Below are positions 48,523 through 59,582 of a DNA stretch of 64,000 nucleotides, piece after piece. The stretch comes from Ignavibacteriota bacterium (GTDB lineage: Bacteria > Bacteroidota > Ignavibacteria > UBA10030 > UBA6906): contig CAWJKM010000004.1 in the NCBI GenBank assembly GCA_963843525.1, forward strand, positions 273,079 through 337,078, written 5' to 3'. Within the stretch, counting starts at the first letter, position 1. Every line of letters starts with the position of its first letter. The notes under the pieces were generated by a model. It was not told where the DNA came from. It worked only from the letters and a program-made list of their open reading frames with translations, and did no database searches. Made by a program: the position numbers and the translations under genes.

Positions 48523-50145
48523 TCATCGCGTTGTTGGGGGAATCGGTATGTGTGGGAGTTTCTGATCTCCCATGGCCGCATCGAAAGCAAATGATGCCAT
48601 AATGATCGCGCTTTGTTTCAGATCCTCTTCCGATGCGCGCTCGTAGACGTCGAAATTCGTATGGTACGTCCTTCCGTATTCGAGCGGATCCTGGATGAAT
48701 TGGAAACCCGGCAGACCAATCGCGTCGAACGAAAGGTGGTCCGTCCCGCCGGTGTTTGCCGAGGTAATCGTCGAAGCCCCAAGATCGGCGAAAGGCGCGA
48801 GCCAGGCGCGGAAGATGCTTCTCGCCGCCTCGTCGCCCTGGAGGTATATCCCCCTGAATCTTCCGCTCCCGTTGTCATCGTTGAAATACGCGCAGAAGCG
48901 GTCATACTCAGGCTTCGTTGTCAGAGATCCGGTCTGGTCGCGATCGGTCTTTTCACGCTCCCCGAAATGCTGCGCAACGTATGCACGGGATCCGAACAAT
49001 CCCTGTTCTTCGCCCCCCCACAAGCCGATCCGGATGGTCCTTCGCGGTTTCACTCCCAGAGCGGAGAGAATTCGCATGGCCTCCATGGCTGTTGTTACCC
49101 CCGTGCCGTTATCGCAAGCCCCGGTGCCCGGGTGCCAGCTGTCGAGATGTGCGCCGATCATGACGACCTCGTCTTTCAGATCGGTCCCCGGGATTTCGCC
49201 GATGACATTCATTCCCGGCACCGCATCATCGGACAGATTCACGTCGAGTTCCATCTCCATGGTCACGGGCACGTCGTGCATGAGCAATCGCACGATCCTG
49301 TTGTATTGTTCAGCCGCAAGCGAAACCTGGGGCGGAATGCGGGGGGCGCTGACATCATAGGCATTGATCCGTTGTGCGGGGCCGGCCGGAGCGGCTGGAG
49401 GCTGTGGCACAGACGCTGCCCCTGTCATGATTGTGCCCCCATCGCCGCGCGTTGCGTCGATGACGGCGTAGGCCCCTTCCTTCAGGCAGAGGGCGAGCTT
49501 TTCAGAGTTGAGCCGCGCTTCCTCCCGGAACCTCCGGATCATTGTGGAATCGCCGAACGCCCTCCCTCTTCTTCGCATGGGACGCGCGTCCGCGTTGGCA
49601 AGTTTCAGCAGAGTGGAATCCGCATCGCGGACCGCAAAGGGATGGAAATTCAATTCGAGGTTTTTCGGATCGGCGATGAAGACAAACGCCTTCTTCAGCT
49701 TCCCCGTATACTTCGCAAGATCGGAATCGGATTTGACGTCGAAGAGGATTGCCTTCCCTTGGACGGTACCGTTTGTTCCCGGGGACCACGCCTTCGGCAC
49801 GCCAATCAGCGGTACGACGCGCGGCTCAATCATATGCGCTGAAAATCGCTTGATGCTCCAGGCCCGTCCATCAGGTGTAAACGTTTCAGTGTGCACATTG
49901 CTGATGTGCCATGCATTCAGCTTGTTCATCACCCACATTGTTGCCGCCTTGAATTCGGGAGACCAGGAAAGTCTGGCCCCGCAATAGTCAGTCAGTCCTT
50001 CAAGAGTTTCCGCCGCATGGGAGCGGTTCATGCCCTCGTCCCGGATTCTGGCCATCATTGCGCTATCGATTCTCTCCGGTACAAACTGCCCGAACGCGAC
50101 GCCACAGGAAAGGAACAAGACAAAAAAAACCGTCAAGCATTTCAT
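48523..50145 (-). CDS. M28-family peptidase with a PA domain, secreted
   Basis: ORF 48523..50217 trimmed to Met25 (MKCLTVFFVLFLSCGVAFG). Motifs are IGAHLDSW, ACDNGTGV, WGGEEQGLFGS and GGTDHLSF. Confidence 0.85.
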   Translation of the reverse strand: MKCLTVFFVLFLSCGVAFGQFVPERIDSAMMARIRDEGMNRSHAAETLEGLTDYCGARLSWSPEFKAATMWVMNKLNAWHISNVHTETFTPDGRAWSIKRFSAHMIEPRVVPLIGVPKAWSPGTNGTVQGKAILFDVKSDSDLAKYTGKLKKAFVFIADPKNLELNFHPFAVRDADSTLLKLANADARPMRRRGRAFGDSTMIRRFREEARLNSEKLALCLKEGAYAVIDATRGDGGTIMTGAASVPQPPAAPAGPAQRINAYDVSAPRIPPQVSLAAEQYNRIVRLLMHDVPVTMEMELDVNLSDDAVPGMNVIGEIPGTDLKDEVVMIGAHLDSWHPGTGACDNGTGVTTAMEAMRILSALGVKPRRTIRIGLWGGEEQGLFGSRAYVAQHFGEREKTDRDQTGSLTTKPEYDRFCAYFNDDNGSGRFRGIYLQGDEAARSIFRAWLAPFADLGASTITSANTGGTDHLSFDAIGLPGFQFIQDPLEYGRTYHTNFDVYERASEEDLKQSAIIMASFAFDAAMGDQKLPHIPIPPTTR

Positions 50146-50307
50146 GCTGATTTGATCTCCTGAATTGTAGGGAGAGGAGAGAAGAGAAGAGCGAGCAGAG
50201 CAGTGTGAGTCCTTCAATATAGGAAGAAAATGATCGTGGGTGCAAGAGTCGCCCGAATTCGGCGTTGAAGACCTTGTTTTTTTCCGGGATGCTGCCTATC
50301 GTGCTGA

Positions 50308-51828
50308 ATGTCGAACGACCGGGCCCCGCGCATGATTCGTCAATTGTTCCGAACGAAGTCTCTGGATGCAATTCTCCACGAGGGCGAAGTCCCCGAGCAC
50401 CAGCTCAAGCGGGCGCTCGGAGCGTTCGATGTCGTCATGCTGGGAATTGGCGCGATTATCGGGGCGGGGATTTTTGCCACCATCGGGACGGCTGCCGCGG
50501 GCGATATTGCGCGGCCGGGGGCAGGGCCAGCACTCATTCTCTCGTTCGTCCTCACCGGAGTGGCCTGTGGGTTCGCCGCACTCTGTTACGCGGAATTCGC
50601 CGCAATGGTCCCCATCTCTGGCAGCGCCTACACCTATTCCTACGGGACCCTGGGCGAACTGGTCGCATGGATCATCGGCTGGGACCTCATCATAGAATAC
50701 GCAGTCGGGAATGTCGCGGTGGCGATCAGCTGGACAAACTATTTCAAAACGCTGGTCGCGGGATTCGGAGTGTTCATCCCGGACTGGCTCTCGACGGATT
50801 ACCGCACGGCCTCGCGGATTCCGGGACTCCTGGAGAGCGCACCGCATCTGTTTGGGGTTCCCATCGTCTGCAACGTCGTGGCATTCAGCATTGTCGCACT
50901 CATTACTGTGGTTCTTGTCCTCGGCATCAAGGGAAGTTCGCGCACCAACACCTATATGGTGATAGTGAAGTTGATTGTCCTCGCGTTTTTTGTGATCGTG
51001 GGAATAATGTATGTGAAACCCAAAAACTGGGTTCCGTTCGCCCCGAACGGGTGGGCAGGAATTCAAGCAGGGGCGGCGATTGTATTCTTTGCGTACATCG
51101 GCTTCGATGCCGTCTCGACGGTGGCGGAAGAGGTGCGCAACCCCAAGAGGGATCTGCCGATCGGCATTATCGGGTCACTCATCGTCTGTACCGTCATCTA
51201 TATAATCGTGGCCGCAGTGTTCACCGGGATTATCCCATACCCCGACCTGGTAAAAATGCTGTCGACGCAGCAGGCGGAACCGCTCACCATGGCTCTCCAG
51301 TATGCACACATTGGAAGATGGGGAGACGTCGCCGTGGGCATCGTCGCTTTCGGATCAGTCGTCGCTCATACCGCGGTCCTTCTCGTCTTCCAACTCGGGC
51401 AACCACGAATTTTCTTTTCCATGGCCCGGGATGGATTGCTTCCCGACCGGTTCGCCCGGGTCCATCCGAAGTATCGCACACCGCACGTCACGACGATTAT
51501 TACGGGTGTCGCCGTCGGCTGTACCGCGATGTTTACGAGCATTGATGAAATGGTCGACCTCACGAATATCGGGACCCTTTTTGCATTTGTTCTTGTCTGT
51601 GTGGGTGTCATCATCATGAGAAAGAAAGAACCTGATAAGCCGCGGGGATTCAGAACGCCGTTCGTTCCCCTTATACCGATCCTTGGAATTGCCGCGTGCA
51701 TCTATTTGATGTTGGGCTTGCCGCAGATCACCTGGATACGGTTCGGTCTCTGGCTGATCGTCGGAATGGTCGTGTATTTCTCCTACGGGTATTCCCACAG
51801 CCACTTGCGGAAGTCCACCCTTGCATAA
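50308..51828 (+). CDS. APC-superfamily amino-acid permease (cationic amino-acid transporter-like)
   Basis: ORF 50308..51828. It has GIGAIIGAGIF and 12-14 TM segments. The overlapping ORF 50265..51545 in another frame is Arg/Gly-rich noise. Confidence 0.9.
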   Translation: MSNDRAPRMIRQLFRTKSLDAILHEGEVPEHQLKRALGAFDVVMLGIGAIIGAGIFATIGTAAAGDIARPGAGPALILSFVLTGVACGFAALCYAEFAAMVPISGSAYTYSYGTLGELVAWIIGWDLIIEYAVGNVAVAISWTNYFKTLVAGFGVFIPDWLSTDYRTASRIPGLLESAPHLFGVPIVCNVVAFSIVALITVVLVLGIKGSSRTNTYMVIVKLIVLAFFVIVGIMYVKPKNWVPFAPNGWAGIQAGAAIVFFAYIGFDAVSTVAEEVRNPKRDLPIGIIGSLIVCTVIYIIVAAVFTGIIPYPDLVKMLSTQQAEPLTMALQYAHIGRWGDVAVGIVAFGSVVAHTAVLLVFQLGQPRIFFSMARDGLLPDRFARVHPKYRTPHVTTIITGVAVGCTAMFTSIDEMVDLTNIGTLFAFVLVCVGVIIMRKKEPDKPRGFRTPFVPLIPILGIAACIYLMLGLPQITWIRFGLWLIVGMVVYFSYGYSHSHLRKSTLA

Positions 51829-52057
51829 AAGGCACCTCTTTGTTACGTTAGGCTGATTTATCGCTCGAAATGGGGCTCCCTGTTGCCAATGGCGGTCTCC
51901 ATCCTTCGGCAGTACCTGATAACGGCGGTCTTCCACAGGCCGGATGGTCTGCGTCGGGATTGACGCACGGACAGGCCACGGTACCGTGGTGCCCGTGCCA
52001 TCGTTTGCTCACCCCTGCTATACTTTTTCCGACATGTTTACCAATCACGAGGCCAAC

Positions 52058-52969
52058 ATGAAATTCATGATCCAGAGAGGTCTGTTCGCACTTCTGATTT
52101 TCACGTCAATTGCACAGGCTCAATTGACGCAGGAGGAACAGGACAGAGAGAAAAAATTCCAGGAACGGTCCATGGCTGCGACGAAAGACACCGTCCCGCA
52201 GTTCGGGTGGAATCATACGATGCTTGCCGGCCTGAATCTCACTCAGGTTTCGTTCAAGGACTGGGCGCAAGGTGGAGAGAATGCTCTCTCCTACGCCGTG
52301 TATCTGAACGGAAATTCAACGGAGAACGAGGAGGCAATCAACTGGAGCAATACCTACAAATTCTCCTTCGGTCAGACCCGCCTCGGAAGTCAGGGGATTC
52401 GGAAAACCGACGATCAGATTTATTTTGAATCGTTGCTGATCTACAAAATGGGGGTCTATGTCAACCCCTATGTTTCTGCCACATTGAGAACACAATTCGC
52501 GGTGGGCTACACCTACGATGATGCCGGGAATGCCACGCGGGTATCGAAGTTCTTTGACCCCGGCTACCTCACGCAGAGTGCTGGTGTAGCCTATCAGCCC
52601 GCGGCATGGGTGAAGACACGGGTAGGCGTAAGCTTGCGGGAGACGTTTACGTCTGAGTTTAAGAATTATGCGGAAGACCCCAACACCCACGAACTGAAGA
52701 GTACGCTGGTGCAGGGCGGCGTCGAATGGGTGACGGAAATTGACTGGAATCTTGCCGAGAACATGTCCCTGTCGTCGCGTGTCGACATCTTTGACCCGTT
52801 CAGGAACCTTGACCGGGTGTTTTTCCGGAACGATAATCTCATCACCGCGAAGGTCAACAAGATCATCGCGGCCAGCGTCGGGGTGCAGATTCTGAACGAC
52901 GTGAACGTGAGCCCGCGGACGCAGATCAAACAAGTGTTCGCGCTGGGATTCACCTTCGGAATTCTCTAA
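52058..52969 (+). CDS. DUF3078-family outer-membrane beta-barrel protein
   Basis: ORF 51944..52969 trimmed to ATG 52058 ([21 protein letters not shown]). It has [25 protein letters not shown] and the terminal ALGFTFGIL. Confidence 0.8.
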   Translation: MKFMIQRGLFALLIFTSIAQAQLTQEEQDREKKFQERSMAATKDTVPQFGWNHTMLAGLNLTQVSFKDWAQGGENALSYAVYLNGNSTENEEAINWSNTYKFSFGQTRLGSQGIRKTDDQIYFESLLIYKMGVYVNPYVSATLRTQFAVGYTYDDAGNATRVSKFFDPGYLTQSAGVAYQPAAWVKTRVGVSLRETFTSEFKNYAEDPNTHELKSTLVQGGVEWVTEIDWNLAENMSLSSRVDIFDPFRNLDRVFFRNDNLITAKVNKIIAASVGVQILNDVNVSPRTQIKQVFALGFTFGIL

Positions 52970-53009
52970 GCTCCCTCATCCCACCAACCAGATCACCAAG
53001 GAGGACTTC

Positions 53010-53414
53010 ATGAGCCTGACGAAAGAATTCAAGGAATTTGCGATGCGCGGGAGCGTAATCGATCTCGCCGTCGGCATCATCATCGGCGCTGCTTTTGGAA
53101 AGATTGTCTCTTCGCTCGTGGCCGACGTCATCATGCCTCCAATTGGCATTCTTGTCGGCGGAATCGATTTTACCGATCTTGCCGTGTTGCTGAAACAGGG
53201 TGCGACGGCGGATGCCAACGTTTACCTGCGCTACGGTAAGTTTCTCCAATCATGCGTCGATTTCATTATCGTCGCATGGTCGATTTTCATGGTGATTAAG
53301 GGGATCAATACTTTGAAACGCAAGCAGGCCCAGCAGCCTGCGGCTCCCGCGGCACCTCCGGCGGATGTCGTATTGCTCACTGAGATTCGCGACCTTCTGA
53401 AGTCGCAACGCTGA
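53010..53414 (+). CDS. mscL: Large-conductance mechanosensitive channel
   Basis: ORF 53010..53414. It starts [41 protein letters not shown]. Confidence 0.93.
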   Translation: MSLTKEFKEFAMRGSVIDLAVGIIIGAAFGKIVSSLVADVIMPPIGILVGGIDFTDLAVLLKQGATADANVYLRYGKFLQSCVDFIIVAWSIFMVIKGINTLKRKQAQQPAAPAAPPADVVLLTEIRDLLKSQR

Positions 53415-53513
53415 TCTCTCGAGTCCCGGAGCTCTACCAGCCCCTCTGTGGATATTTCTTGAGCTCGTTGCCAAACCGGTGGTGACCACAGGGAAGCAAC
53501 GGAAAGGACCACT

Positions 53514-54326
53514 ATGAACAAAGAATCGCACATCCCGCTGGGCTTTCTTCTGCTTTTCGCTTTCCTGTTCGCGGCTTGCAGCACGGTGCCGCTGACGGGA
53601 AGGCAGCAGTTGAACCTTATCCCGTCGTCTCAGATGTTGTCCATGAGTGTGCAGGAATATGGTCAGTTCCTTAAAGGAAATAAGATAAGCGGTGATGCCG
53701 GCTCTACAGCCATGGTGAAGCGCGTCGGTGGACGGATCCAAAAGGCGGTTGAACAGTATATGGGAGACCACAATCTCTCCTCCCGTCTGCAGGGATATCA
53801 GTGGGAGTTCAATCTGGTTGAAAGTAATGAAGTAAACGCCTGGTGTATGCCGGGTGGAAAGGTCGTCGTCTATACGGGGATCCTTCCCGTGACAAAAGAC
53901 GAGACCGGCCTTGCTGTCGTCCTGGGCCATGAGATTGCTCATGCGATCGCGGAGCATGGGAACGAACGGATGAGTCAGGAATTGCTTGCCCAGGTCGGCT
54001 CTGCCGCTCTCGACCAGGCGCTTGCCAACAAACCCGAGCAAACGAGACAACTCTGGTCTACCGCATTTGGAGTCGGGGTTCAACTCGGTGCACTTCTCCC
54101 GTATAGCAGGACCCATGAAAGTGAAGCGGACCACCTCGGTTTGATTTTCATGGCGATGGCAGGGTATGATCCGAATGCGTCGCTCACGTTCTGGCAGCGA
54201 ATGGCTGCGCAGGGCGGACAGAAGCCGCCGGAATTCCTGAGTACTCATCCCTCGGATGAGACGCGTATTGCCCAGATTCGGGCGGAACTTCCGGAAGCCT
54301 TGAAGTATTACCACAAAACGAACTAA
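53514..54326 (+). CDS. M48-family zinc metallopeptidase lipoprotein
   Basis: ORF 53514..54326. The lipobox is LFAACS. It has HEIAHAIAEH and a downstream E...D. Confidence 0.88.
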   Translation: MNKESHIPLGFLLLFAFLFAACSTVPLTGRQQLNLIPSSQMLSMSVQEYGQFLKGNKISGDAGSTAMVKRVGGRIQKAVEQYMGDHNLSSRLQGYQWEFNLVESNEVNAWCMPGGKVVVYTGILPVTKDETGLAVVLGHEIAHAIAEHGNERMSQELLAQVGSAALDQALANKPEQTRQLWSTAFGVGVQLGALLPYSRTHESEADHLGLIFMAMAGYDPNASLTFWQRMAAQGGQKPPEFLSTHPSDETRIAQIRAELPEALKYYHKTN

Positions 54327-54362
54327 TGACCCTCCAGGTATCTTTTGCGTGCGATTGAGCGT

Positions 54363-55148
54363 ATGCGCCGATTTATGATGCTGGCAGTTTTTCTGGTCTC
54401 CGTCGTGGCCGCGGTTGCGGAACCCCGCAAGCCTTTTTTCCCGAAGAACCAGCGCCTGCAGTTCTCGATGCAATCCCTCGAGAGGACATGGGGTGATTGC
54501 GCGGGCAAGCCGTGCGTCACCCTTCGGGTCCGCTACCCCGCGTTTGCCGGCGGCCCTGGCGTGAGGCCCGGCGATACGTTGAATGTTTTCGTGCAGGAAA
54601 CTCTCCTGGGAAAATATGATCCCCGGGGTGTCGCACCCGTTCTCGAGGCCGTCCGCGATTCTGTGGCTGGACAGTTCCGGGCATTGCCCGGTTCCGCGCC
54701 CCCGAGACCATGGACCATTGAACGGAACATCTCCGTGCTCGGCGATACCCTCGGAGTGATGACGCTCGACGTCGAGGAGTTCCGGGAAACCGGGGGTGCG
54801 CATCCTACCACCATGCACCTGCTGTACATGATCCGACCTGCGACAATGCAGGTCCTCGGGCTCGATGACATTGTTCCGCGGGAGCACAAGCTCCACCTTC
54901 TTGACCTCTGCGAACGCGCATTCCGAAAAGCAAGGAAGCTCCTACCGGACAAAAGCCTGGCTGATGCCGGGTTCACGTTCCCGGGCGGCAAATTCGCGCT
55001 CACGATGAACGTCGGCTTGACGGAAAAAGGACTTCTCTTCTTCTACAATCCGTATGAGATTGCTCCGTATGTGATGGGACCGACGAAAGTCATCGTGGAA
55101 TGGAAGGACATCAACGGGTTGCTCAACCTCGGCAACCCCGGCCGGTAA
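54363..55148 (+). CDS. DUF3298/DUF4163-domain protein (RsiV-like fold), exported
   Basis: ORF 54345..55148 (TTG) trimmed to ATG 54363. It has GGAHP and FYNPYEIAPYVMG, typical of DUF3298. Confidence 0.75.
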   Translation: MRRFMMLAVFLVSVVAAVAEPRKPFFPKNQRLQFSMQSLERTWGDCAGKPCVTLRVRYPAFAGGPGVRPGDTLNVFVQETLLGKYDPRGVAPVLEAVRDSVAGQFRALPGSAPPRPWTIERNISVLGDTLGVMTLDVEEFRETGGAHPTTMHLLYMIRPATMQVLGLDDIVPREHKLHLLDLCERAFRKARKLLPDKSLADAGFTFPGGKFALTMNVGLTEKGLLFFYNPYEIAPYVMGPTKVIVEWKDINGLLNLGNPGR

Positions 55149-55264
55149 AGCTCCTGGTATTCGCCACGACGGCCGCTCCTCGCTCGGGATTGGCGGCAGC
55201 GAGATGGCAAAAAAATGTATTGGAAGCCCTGAAGGACAGGGGCATGCACACTGTCGGAGGACGT

Positions 55265-56164
55265 ATGATGATCGGTTTTGGTGGACTGGGAAACCTTGGC
55301 AGTGCAATGGCCAGGAGGCTTGCCAGAGAGGGAGTGGAGTTGACAGTGTGGAATCGAACAGCCGCAAAGGCGGCGGGTCTCGGGACTGCGGTTGCATCAT
55401 CCCCCTCGCAGCTTATGACATCGTCGGAGATAGTCTTCTTGAATCTCTTTGACAGTGTTGCCGTGGAGCAAGTGCTGACAGGAAAGGATGGACTGTTATA
55501 CGGCAAGTGCGAAGGAAAAATAGTCGTCGACACGAGTACAAACCATCCTTCAGCGATTCTGAAGTTTCACTCCATCGTGCGTCAGGCCGGAGCGAGATAT
55601 CTTGAAGCTCCCGTTCTGGGAAGTGTCGGTCCTGCCTCCGAGGGAACACTGACAATGGTCGTGTCGGGAGAAAAAAGTGCTCTCGAGACAGTCCGCCCGA
55701 TCGCCGAGAAGCTCTGCCGGCGCATTGTGTATCTCGAAGGGGAGGGCAAATCAACACGCATGAAGCTCATCAATAACCACGTGCTGGGGACCATCATGGC
55801 GGTGATCGCTGAAGCGGGTGCAGTGGGGGAGAAGTGCGGAATACCTCTGGGGACGGTGCTGGAAGTGCTCTCGATCGGGGCGGGCAATTCTCCTGTCCTG
55901 TTGGGTAAAAAGGAGAAACTGACCCATGGCGACTACTCCGCACAATTTTCCGCGATGGCCATCCTGAAGGATTTGAACTACTTCGACGAGTTGAGCACGA
56001 ACCTGGGCATGAGTTCGGGAATCCTCCGGGGAACGAAGGATGCATATGAGGAAACAATACGGCAGGGATTGGGGGAAAAGGATTTCTCAGTGGTGTACCG
56101 TGTTTTCAAGAAGGATGATTCCCGTCTCGAAGGTGCAGAGACAGGTGGTGGAAACCGGGAGTGA
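55265..56164 (+). CDS. NAD(P)-dependent 3-hydroxyacid (3-hydroxyisobutyrate/6-phosphogluconate-like) dehydrogenase
   Basis: ORF 55100..56164 trimmed to ATG 55265, which follows GGAGGA. It has the Rossmann motif IGFGGLGNLGSAMARRL, plus VVDTST and KLINN. Confidence 0.85.
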   Translation: MMIGFGGLGNLGSAMARRLAREGVELTVWNRTAAKAAGLGTAVASSPSQLMTSSEIVFLNLFDSVAVEQVLTGKDGLLYGKCEGKIVVDTSTNHPSAILKFHSIVRQAGARYLEAPVLGSVGPASEGTLTMVVSGEKSALETVRPIAEKLCRRIVYLEGEGKSTRMKLINNHVLGTIMAVIAEAGAVGEKCGIPLGTVLEVLSIGAGNSPVLLGKKEKLTHGDYSAQFSAMAILKDLNYFDELSTNLGMSSGILRGTKDAYEETIRQGLGEKDFSVVYRVFKKDDSRLEGAETGGGNRE

Positions 56165-56255
56165 ATTGAGAGGAAGGATATTGTCCCCTGCGTTTGCGGG
56201 ATGAGAGGGGAGGGTGTTCGCGTGTGGCGGGAACGAGTTGATGAAGAGGTGATCA

Positions 56256-58223
56256 ATGGGTTCGCTCGATCAGAACGATATGCTGGAATTGCTTCCAGAC
56301 TCGATCGTCATAGTGAATGCGGGAGGGAAGATCGAACGTGCGAACGAACGGGCGGAAATCCTGTTCGAATACGCTCACGGAGAGATGGTCGGTCTCTCCG
56401 TCGAGGCCCTGATCCCCGCACGCTTCAGGGGCAATCATCTCGATTTACGGAGGGAGTACTCCCGGTCGCCGTATGCACGGCCGATCAGGAAAGCAGGTAC
56501 CCTGTGGGCGCAGAAGAAAGGCGGGTCGGAATTCCCGGTTGAAATCAGCCTCGGTCCGTTGCGTGACAATACCGTCATGGCGGTAATTCGTGACATTTCC
56601 GAGAAGCTTCAGGCGGAACAGACCCTGCGGGAAAGCGAATCCCGATATCGTTCGCTGGTGCAGCTCTCGCCGGAAGCGGTGGTTGTTCATCGTCGGGGGG
56701 AAATACTCTGGTCCAACAATGCCGGAGCGACCCTCCTGGGTGTAGCCGCTCCCGAGGTATTGATCGGAAGATCCCTCCTGGAGTTTATCCCGTTGGAACA
56801 ACGGGAATTCTCGCTTGGCCGGATTGCAGATCCGGGCGCCCCGCTGACGTCCTCCTTCCCCTCGACCCTCACCATCAGGAGGCAGAATGGAACGATCCTG
56901 TATCTTGAGGCGACGGTGGGGCAATTTGCCTACCAGGGGGAACAGGCGGCCCAAATCATCCTTCGGGATGTGACTGCTCAGCGGAAAGCAGAGTTGGAGT
57001 CGTTGAGGGTCTCGAGGGCGGCGGAGGCGAATACTGCCGTCGACCAGTTGCTGATCCGCGTCAAGGACGAAGATGAGTTTCTCCAGAGCGCCTGCAAACG
57101 GATACAGGAACTCGGTCTCTTTGAATTTGTCTGGATAGGACTCGCGGAACACGACCAGACACGGACCATTCGAGCCGTTGCCCGGGCCGGGAACGAAGAT
57201 GGATATCTCTCTACGTTTTCCGACAGCTGGGACGCTTCTTCCCGGGGGTTTGAACCTGTCGGTGTCGCGATGCGTACCGGTCGTCCGTTCGCCGTTCGCG
57301 ACGTAAGCACGGATCTACGGCTTGCACTCTTTCGCCAGCAGGCATTGAAACGGGGATTTGCCTCCCTTCTCGGTCTCCCACTCTTTGCCGGAGGAGAACT
57401 CCTGGGCGGCCTCGGGATCTGCTCCGCCGAAACGAATGCCTTCAACGGGGTGGAGACTGCTCGACTTGTCCAGGTCGCCGAAGATCTTGCCTATGGAGTT
57501 GCAACGTTGCGCGCAAGAAGAGCACGCGATCATGCGGAGGCCGAGCTTCGGGCTTCCCGGGAGGAGTTGCGCAATCTTTCGTCGTATCTGCAATCCGCTC
57601 GCGAGGCGGAGCGGACCGCTGTCGCGCGGGAAATTCATGACGAACTCGGGCAGACGCTGACCGCGCTGAAAATGGATACGAGCTGGCTCTCCCAGGAAAT
57701 CGACGATCGGTTGAACGGAATGCCGGAAGAGTTGAAGGTTAAGCTTTCGACGATGGAGACCCTGATCGACCGGACGATCCAGACGGTCCGGAGAATCGCC
57801 ACGGAACTGCGACCGGTGTTGCTCGATAGCCTGGGACTCGCCCCTGCGCTGGAATGGCTTGCGGACGATTTTGCGAACCGGACGGGTATCGCGTGTTCAC
57901 TCCAGGTTCAACCGGAGGATTTTGACCTCGATGGCGACCGGTCAACAGCGCTGTTCAGGATCTGTCAGGAAGCATTGACCAACGTCGCACGACATGCCAA
58001 TGCGAGCGCTGTCACCATCGGACTCACGAAGAGCCTGTCTACCATCGTCCTCCGCGTGGCTGACAACGGGAAGGGAATTCCCGAAGGGCAGAAGGTGGGA
58101 AAAAGATCGTACGGACTCCTGGGCATGAAGGAGCGTGTTATCCTCCTCCATGGTAGTGTCGACATTGAGGGGAAGGAAGGGCAGGGTACGACGGTCACGG
58201 CGACGTTGCCGGTGGAAACGTAA
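56256..58223 (+). CDS. PAS-PAS-GAF sensor histidine kinase (HisKA_3, NarL-partner type)
   Basis: ORF 56256..58223. It has H-box REIHDELGQTLTALK and HATPase_c motifs (EALTNVARHA, DNGKGIP, GLLGMKER). Confidence 0.88.
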   Translation: MGSLDQNDMLELLPDSIVIVNAGGKIERANERAEILFEYAHGEMVGLSVEALIPARFRGNHLDLRREYSRSPYARPIRKAGTLWAQKKGGSEFPVEISLGPLRDNTVMAVIRDISEKLQAEQTLRESESRYRSLVQLSPEAVVVHRRGEILWSNNAGATLLGVAAPEVLIGRSLLEFIPLEQREFSLGRIADPGAPLTSSFPSTLTIRRQNGTILYLEATVGQFAYQGEQAAQIILRDVTAQRKAELESLRVSRAAEANTAVDQLLIRVKDEDEFLQSACKRIQELGLFEFVWIGLAEHDQTRTIRAVARAGNEDGYLSTFSDSWDASSRGFEPVGVAMRTGRPFAVRDVSTDLRLALFRQQALKRGFASLLGLPLFAGGELLGGLGICSAETNAFNGVETARLVQVAEDLAYGVATLRARRARDHAEAELRASREELRNLSSYLQSAREAERTAVAREIHDELGQTLTALKMDTSWLSQEIDDRLNGMPEELKVKLSTMETLIDRTIQTVRRIATELRPVLLDSLGLAPALEWLADDFANRTGIACSLQVQPEDFDLDGDRSTALFRICQEALTNVARHANASAVTIGLTKSLSTIVLRVADNGKGIPEGQKVGKRSYGLLGMKERVILLHGSVDIEGKEGQGTTVTATLPVET

Positions 58224-58270
58224 TCGTGACGCTGACCCATGATTGTTGAACATCAGCCGGGGGAGCCAAG

Positions 58271-58912
58271 ATGATTCGGGTTTTGATCGCGGATGATCAT
58301 CCGATCGTCCGCGAAGGAATCAAGCAGATCCTCTCGCATTCCGGCGAGATGGACGTTGTCGGTGAAGCGATGAACGGTCAACAGATCCTCGACTTCGTAT
58401 CCGGTCCTGGCTGCGACGTCGTCGTCATGGACTTTTCGATGCCCGGGAAAAGCGGCATGGACGTTCTCCGCGATCTGCGGCGTCACCAGCGGCACGTCCG
58501 TATACTCGTCCTGAGCATGCATGCCGAGGAAGAGCTTGGTCCGCGTGTGTTGAAGGCGGGTGCTTCAGGCTACCTGACAAAGGAGAGTGCGCCCCGGGAG
58601 CTGGTCGATGCGGTTCGCAAAGTCGCCTCCGGCGGAACGTACGTCACCGCTTCCCTTGCAGAGACTCTTGTCCACCACATCGCCCCGGGGAGATCGGAGG
58701 ATCCTCATGGGACGCTCTCCGACAGAGAGTTCGAGGTGTTTCTCGCCCTGGCTTCCGGAAAATCGACACAGGAAATCGCGAAGGCGCTTTCCCTCAGCGT
58801 GAAAACTGTCCGCACGTACCGTGACCGCGTCATGGCAAAAATGGGCCTGAGGAATGATGTTGATTTTGCCCACTATGCCATTCAGCACGGCCTCCTCGAC
58901 GGAAAGCGATAG
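58271..58912 (+). CDS. NarL/FixJ (LuxR-type HTH) response regulator
   Basis: ORF 58271..58912. It has the receiver IRVLIADDHPIVREG...VVMDFSMPG and the LuxR HTH LSDREFEVFLALASGKSTQEIAKALSLSVKTVRTYR. Confidence 0.9.
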   Translation: MIRVLIADDHPIVREGIKQILSHSGEMDVVGEAMNGQQILDFVSGPGCDVVVMDFSMPGKSGMDVLRDLRRHQRHVRILVLSMHAEEELGPRVLKAGASGYLTKESAPRELVDAVRKVASGGTYVTASLAETLVHHIAPGRSEDPHGTLSDREFEVFLALASGKSTQEIAKALSLSVKTVRTYRDRVMAKMGLRNDVDFAHYAIQHGLLDGKR

Positions 58913-58998
58913 AATCGCCCCTTAACCCCGTCTTTTCCTCAACTTTTTTCTCCCCCCTCCGTACAATATTCCTTCTCCCAGAACGTCTACAAGGATAG

Positions 58999-59574
58999 AT
59001 GGAACCGGACATCACATCCGCAGAGGCTGAACGGAATTCTGAACGCATCCTACAAGTGGCACACAAGGAACGCCCCAGGCTCCTTTCGTTCGTCCGAAAA
59101 CAGGTTGCCAGCCAGGAGGATGCGGAAGACATTCTTCAAGATGTCTTTCTCCGACTCCTCGTGGCATCAAGCGTCACCGAGCCCATCGAACATGTCACGG
59201 CCTGGATGTTTCGGACCGCGCGGAACAGGGTTATCGACTGGTATCGTCGGAAGAGGCACTCCGCGGTCCCGATGACCGAGATCGAATCGTCCGAAGAACC
59301 GGCGGCAGAGTACCTGTTCGCTGACCTCAACCGCGATCCAGCTTCGGAGCTTCTGGGATCAATGATCTGGGACGAAGTGAATGACGCCCTCGATGATCTG
59401 CCGGCTCCCCAACGCCTGGTGTTCATCGCACATGAAATTGACGGGAAGAGTTTCAATGAAATAGCGGCAGAAACAGGGGATCCCGTGAATACCCTCATCT
59501 CTCGCAAACGATACGCAGTGTTGTTCCTTAGGGAGCGACTCCAAGAGTTTTACAGTGAACTTTTCGAGGAATAG
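58999..59574 (+). CDS. ECF-type RNA polymerase sigma-70 factor
   Basis: ORF 58999..59574. Region 2 is AEDILQDVFLRLL...WMFRTARNRVIDWYR. Region 4 is LPAPQRLVFIAHEIDGKSFNEIAAETGDPVNTLISRKRYA. Confidence 0.88.
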   Translation: MEPDITSAEAERNSERILQVAHKERPRLLSFVRKQVASQEDAEDILQDVFLRLLVASSVTEPIEHVTAWMFRTARNRVIDWYRRKRHSAVPMTEIESSEEPAAEYLFADLNRDPASELLGSMIWDEVNDALDDLPAPQRLVFIAHEIDGKSFNEIAAETGDPVNTLISRKRYAVLFLRERLQEFYSELFEE

Positions 59575-59582
59575 GAGTTCTT

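Noticed and set aside
53250-54896. Very long antisense or alternative-frame ORFs. Examples are 53250..54896(-), 33695..34882(-), 60626..61885(-), 61753..62874(-), 48613..49842(+), 1767..2825(+), 8120..8980(-), 50265..51545(+) and 36401..37237(-).
   Set aside because: Their products are Arg/Gly/Pro/His-rich, low-complexity and motif-free. Each lies opposite or out of frame to a gene with clear family motifs. These are typical stop-codon-poor shadow ORFs of GC-rich DNA.
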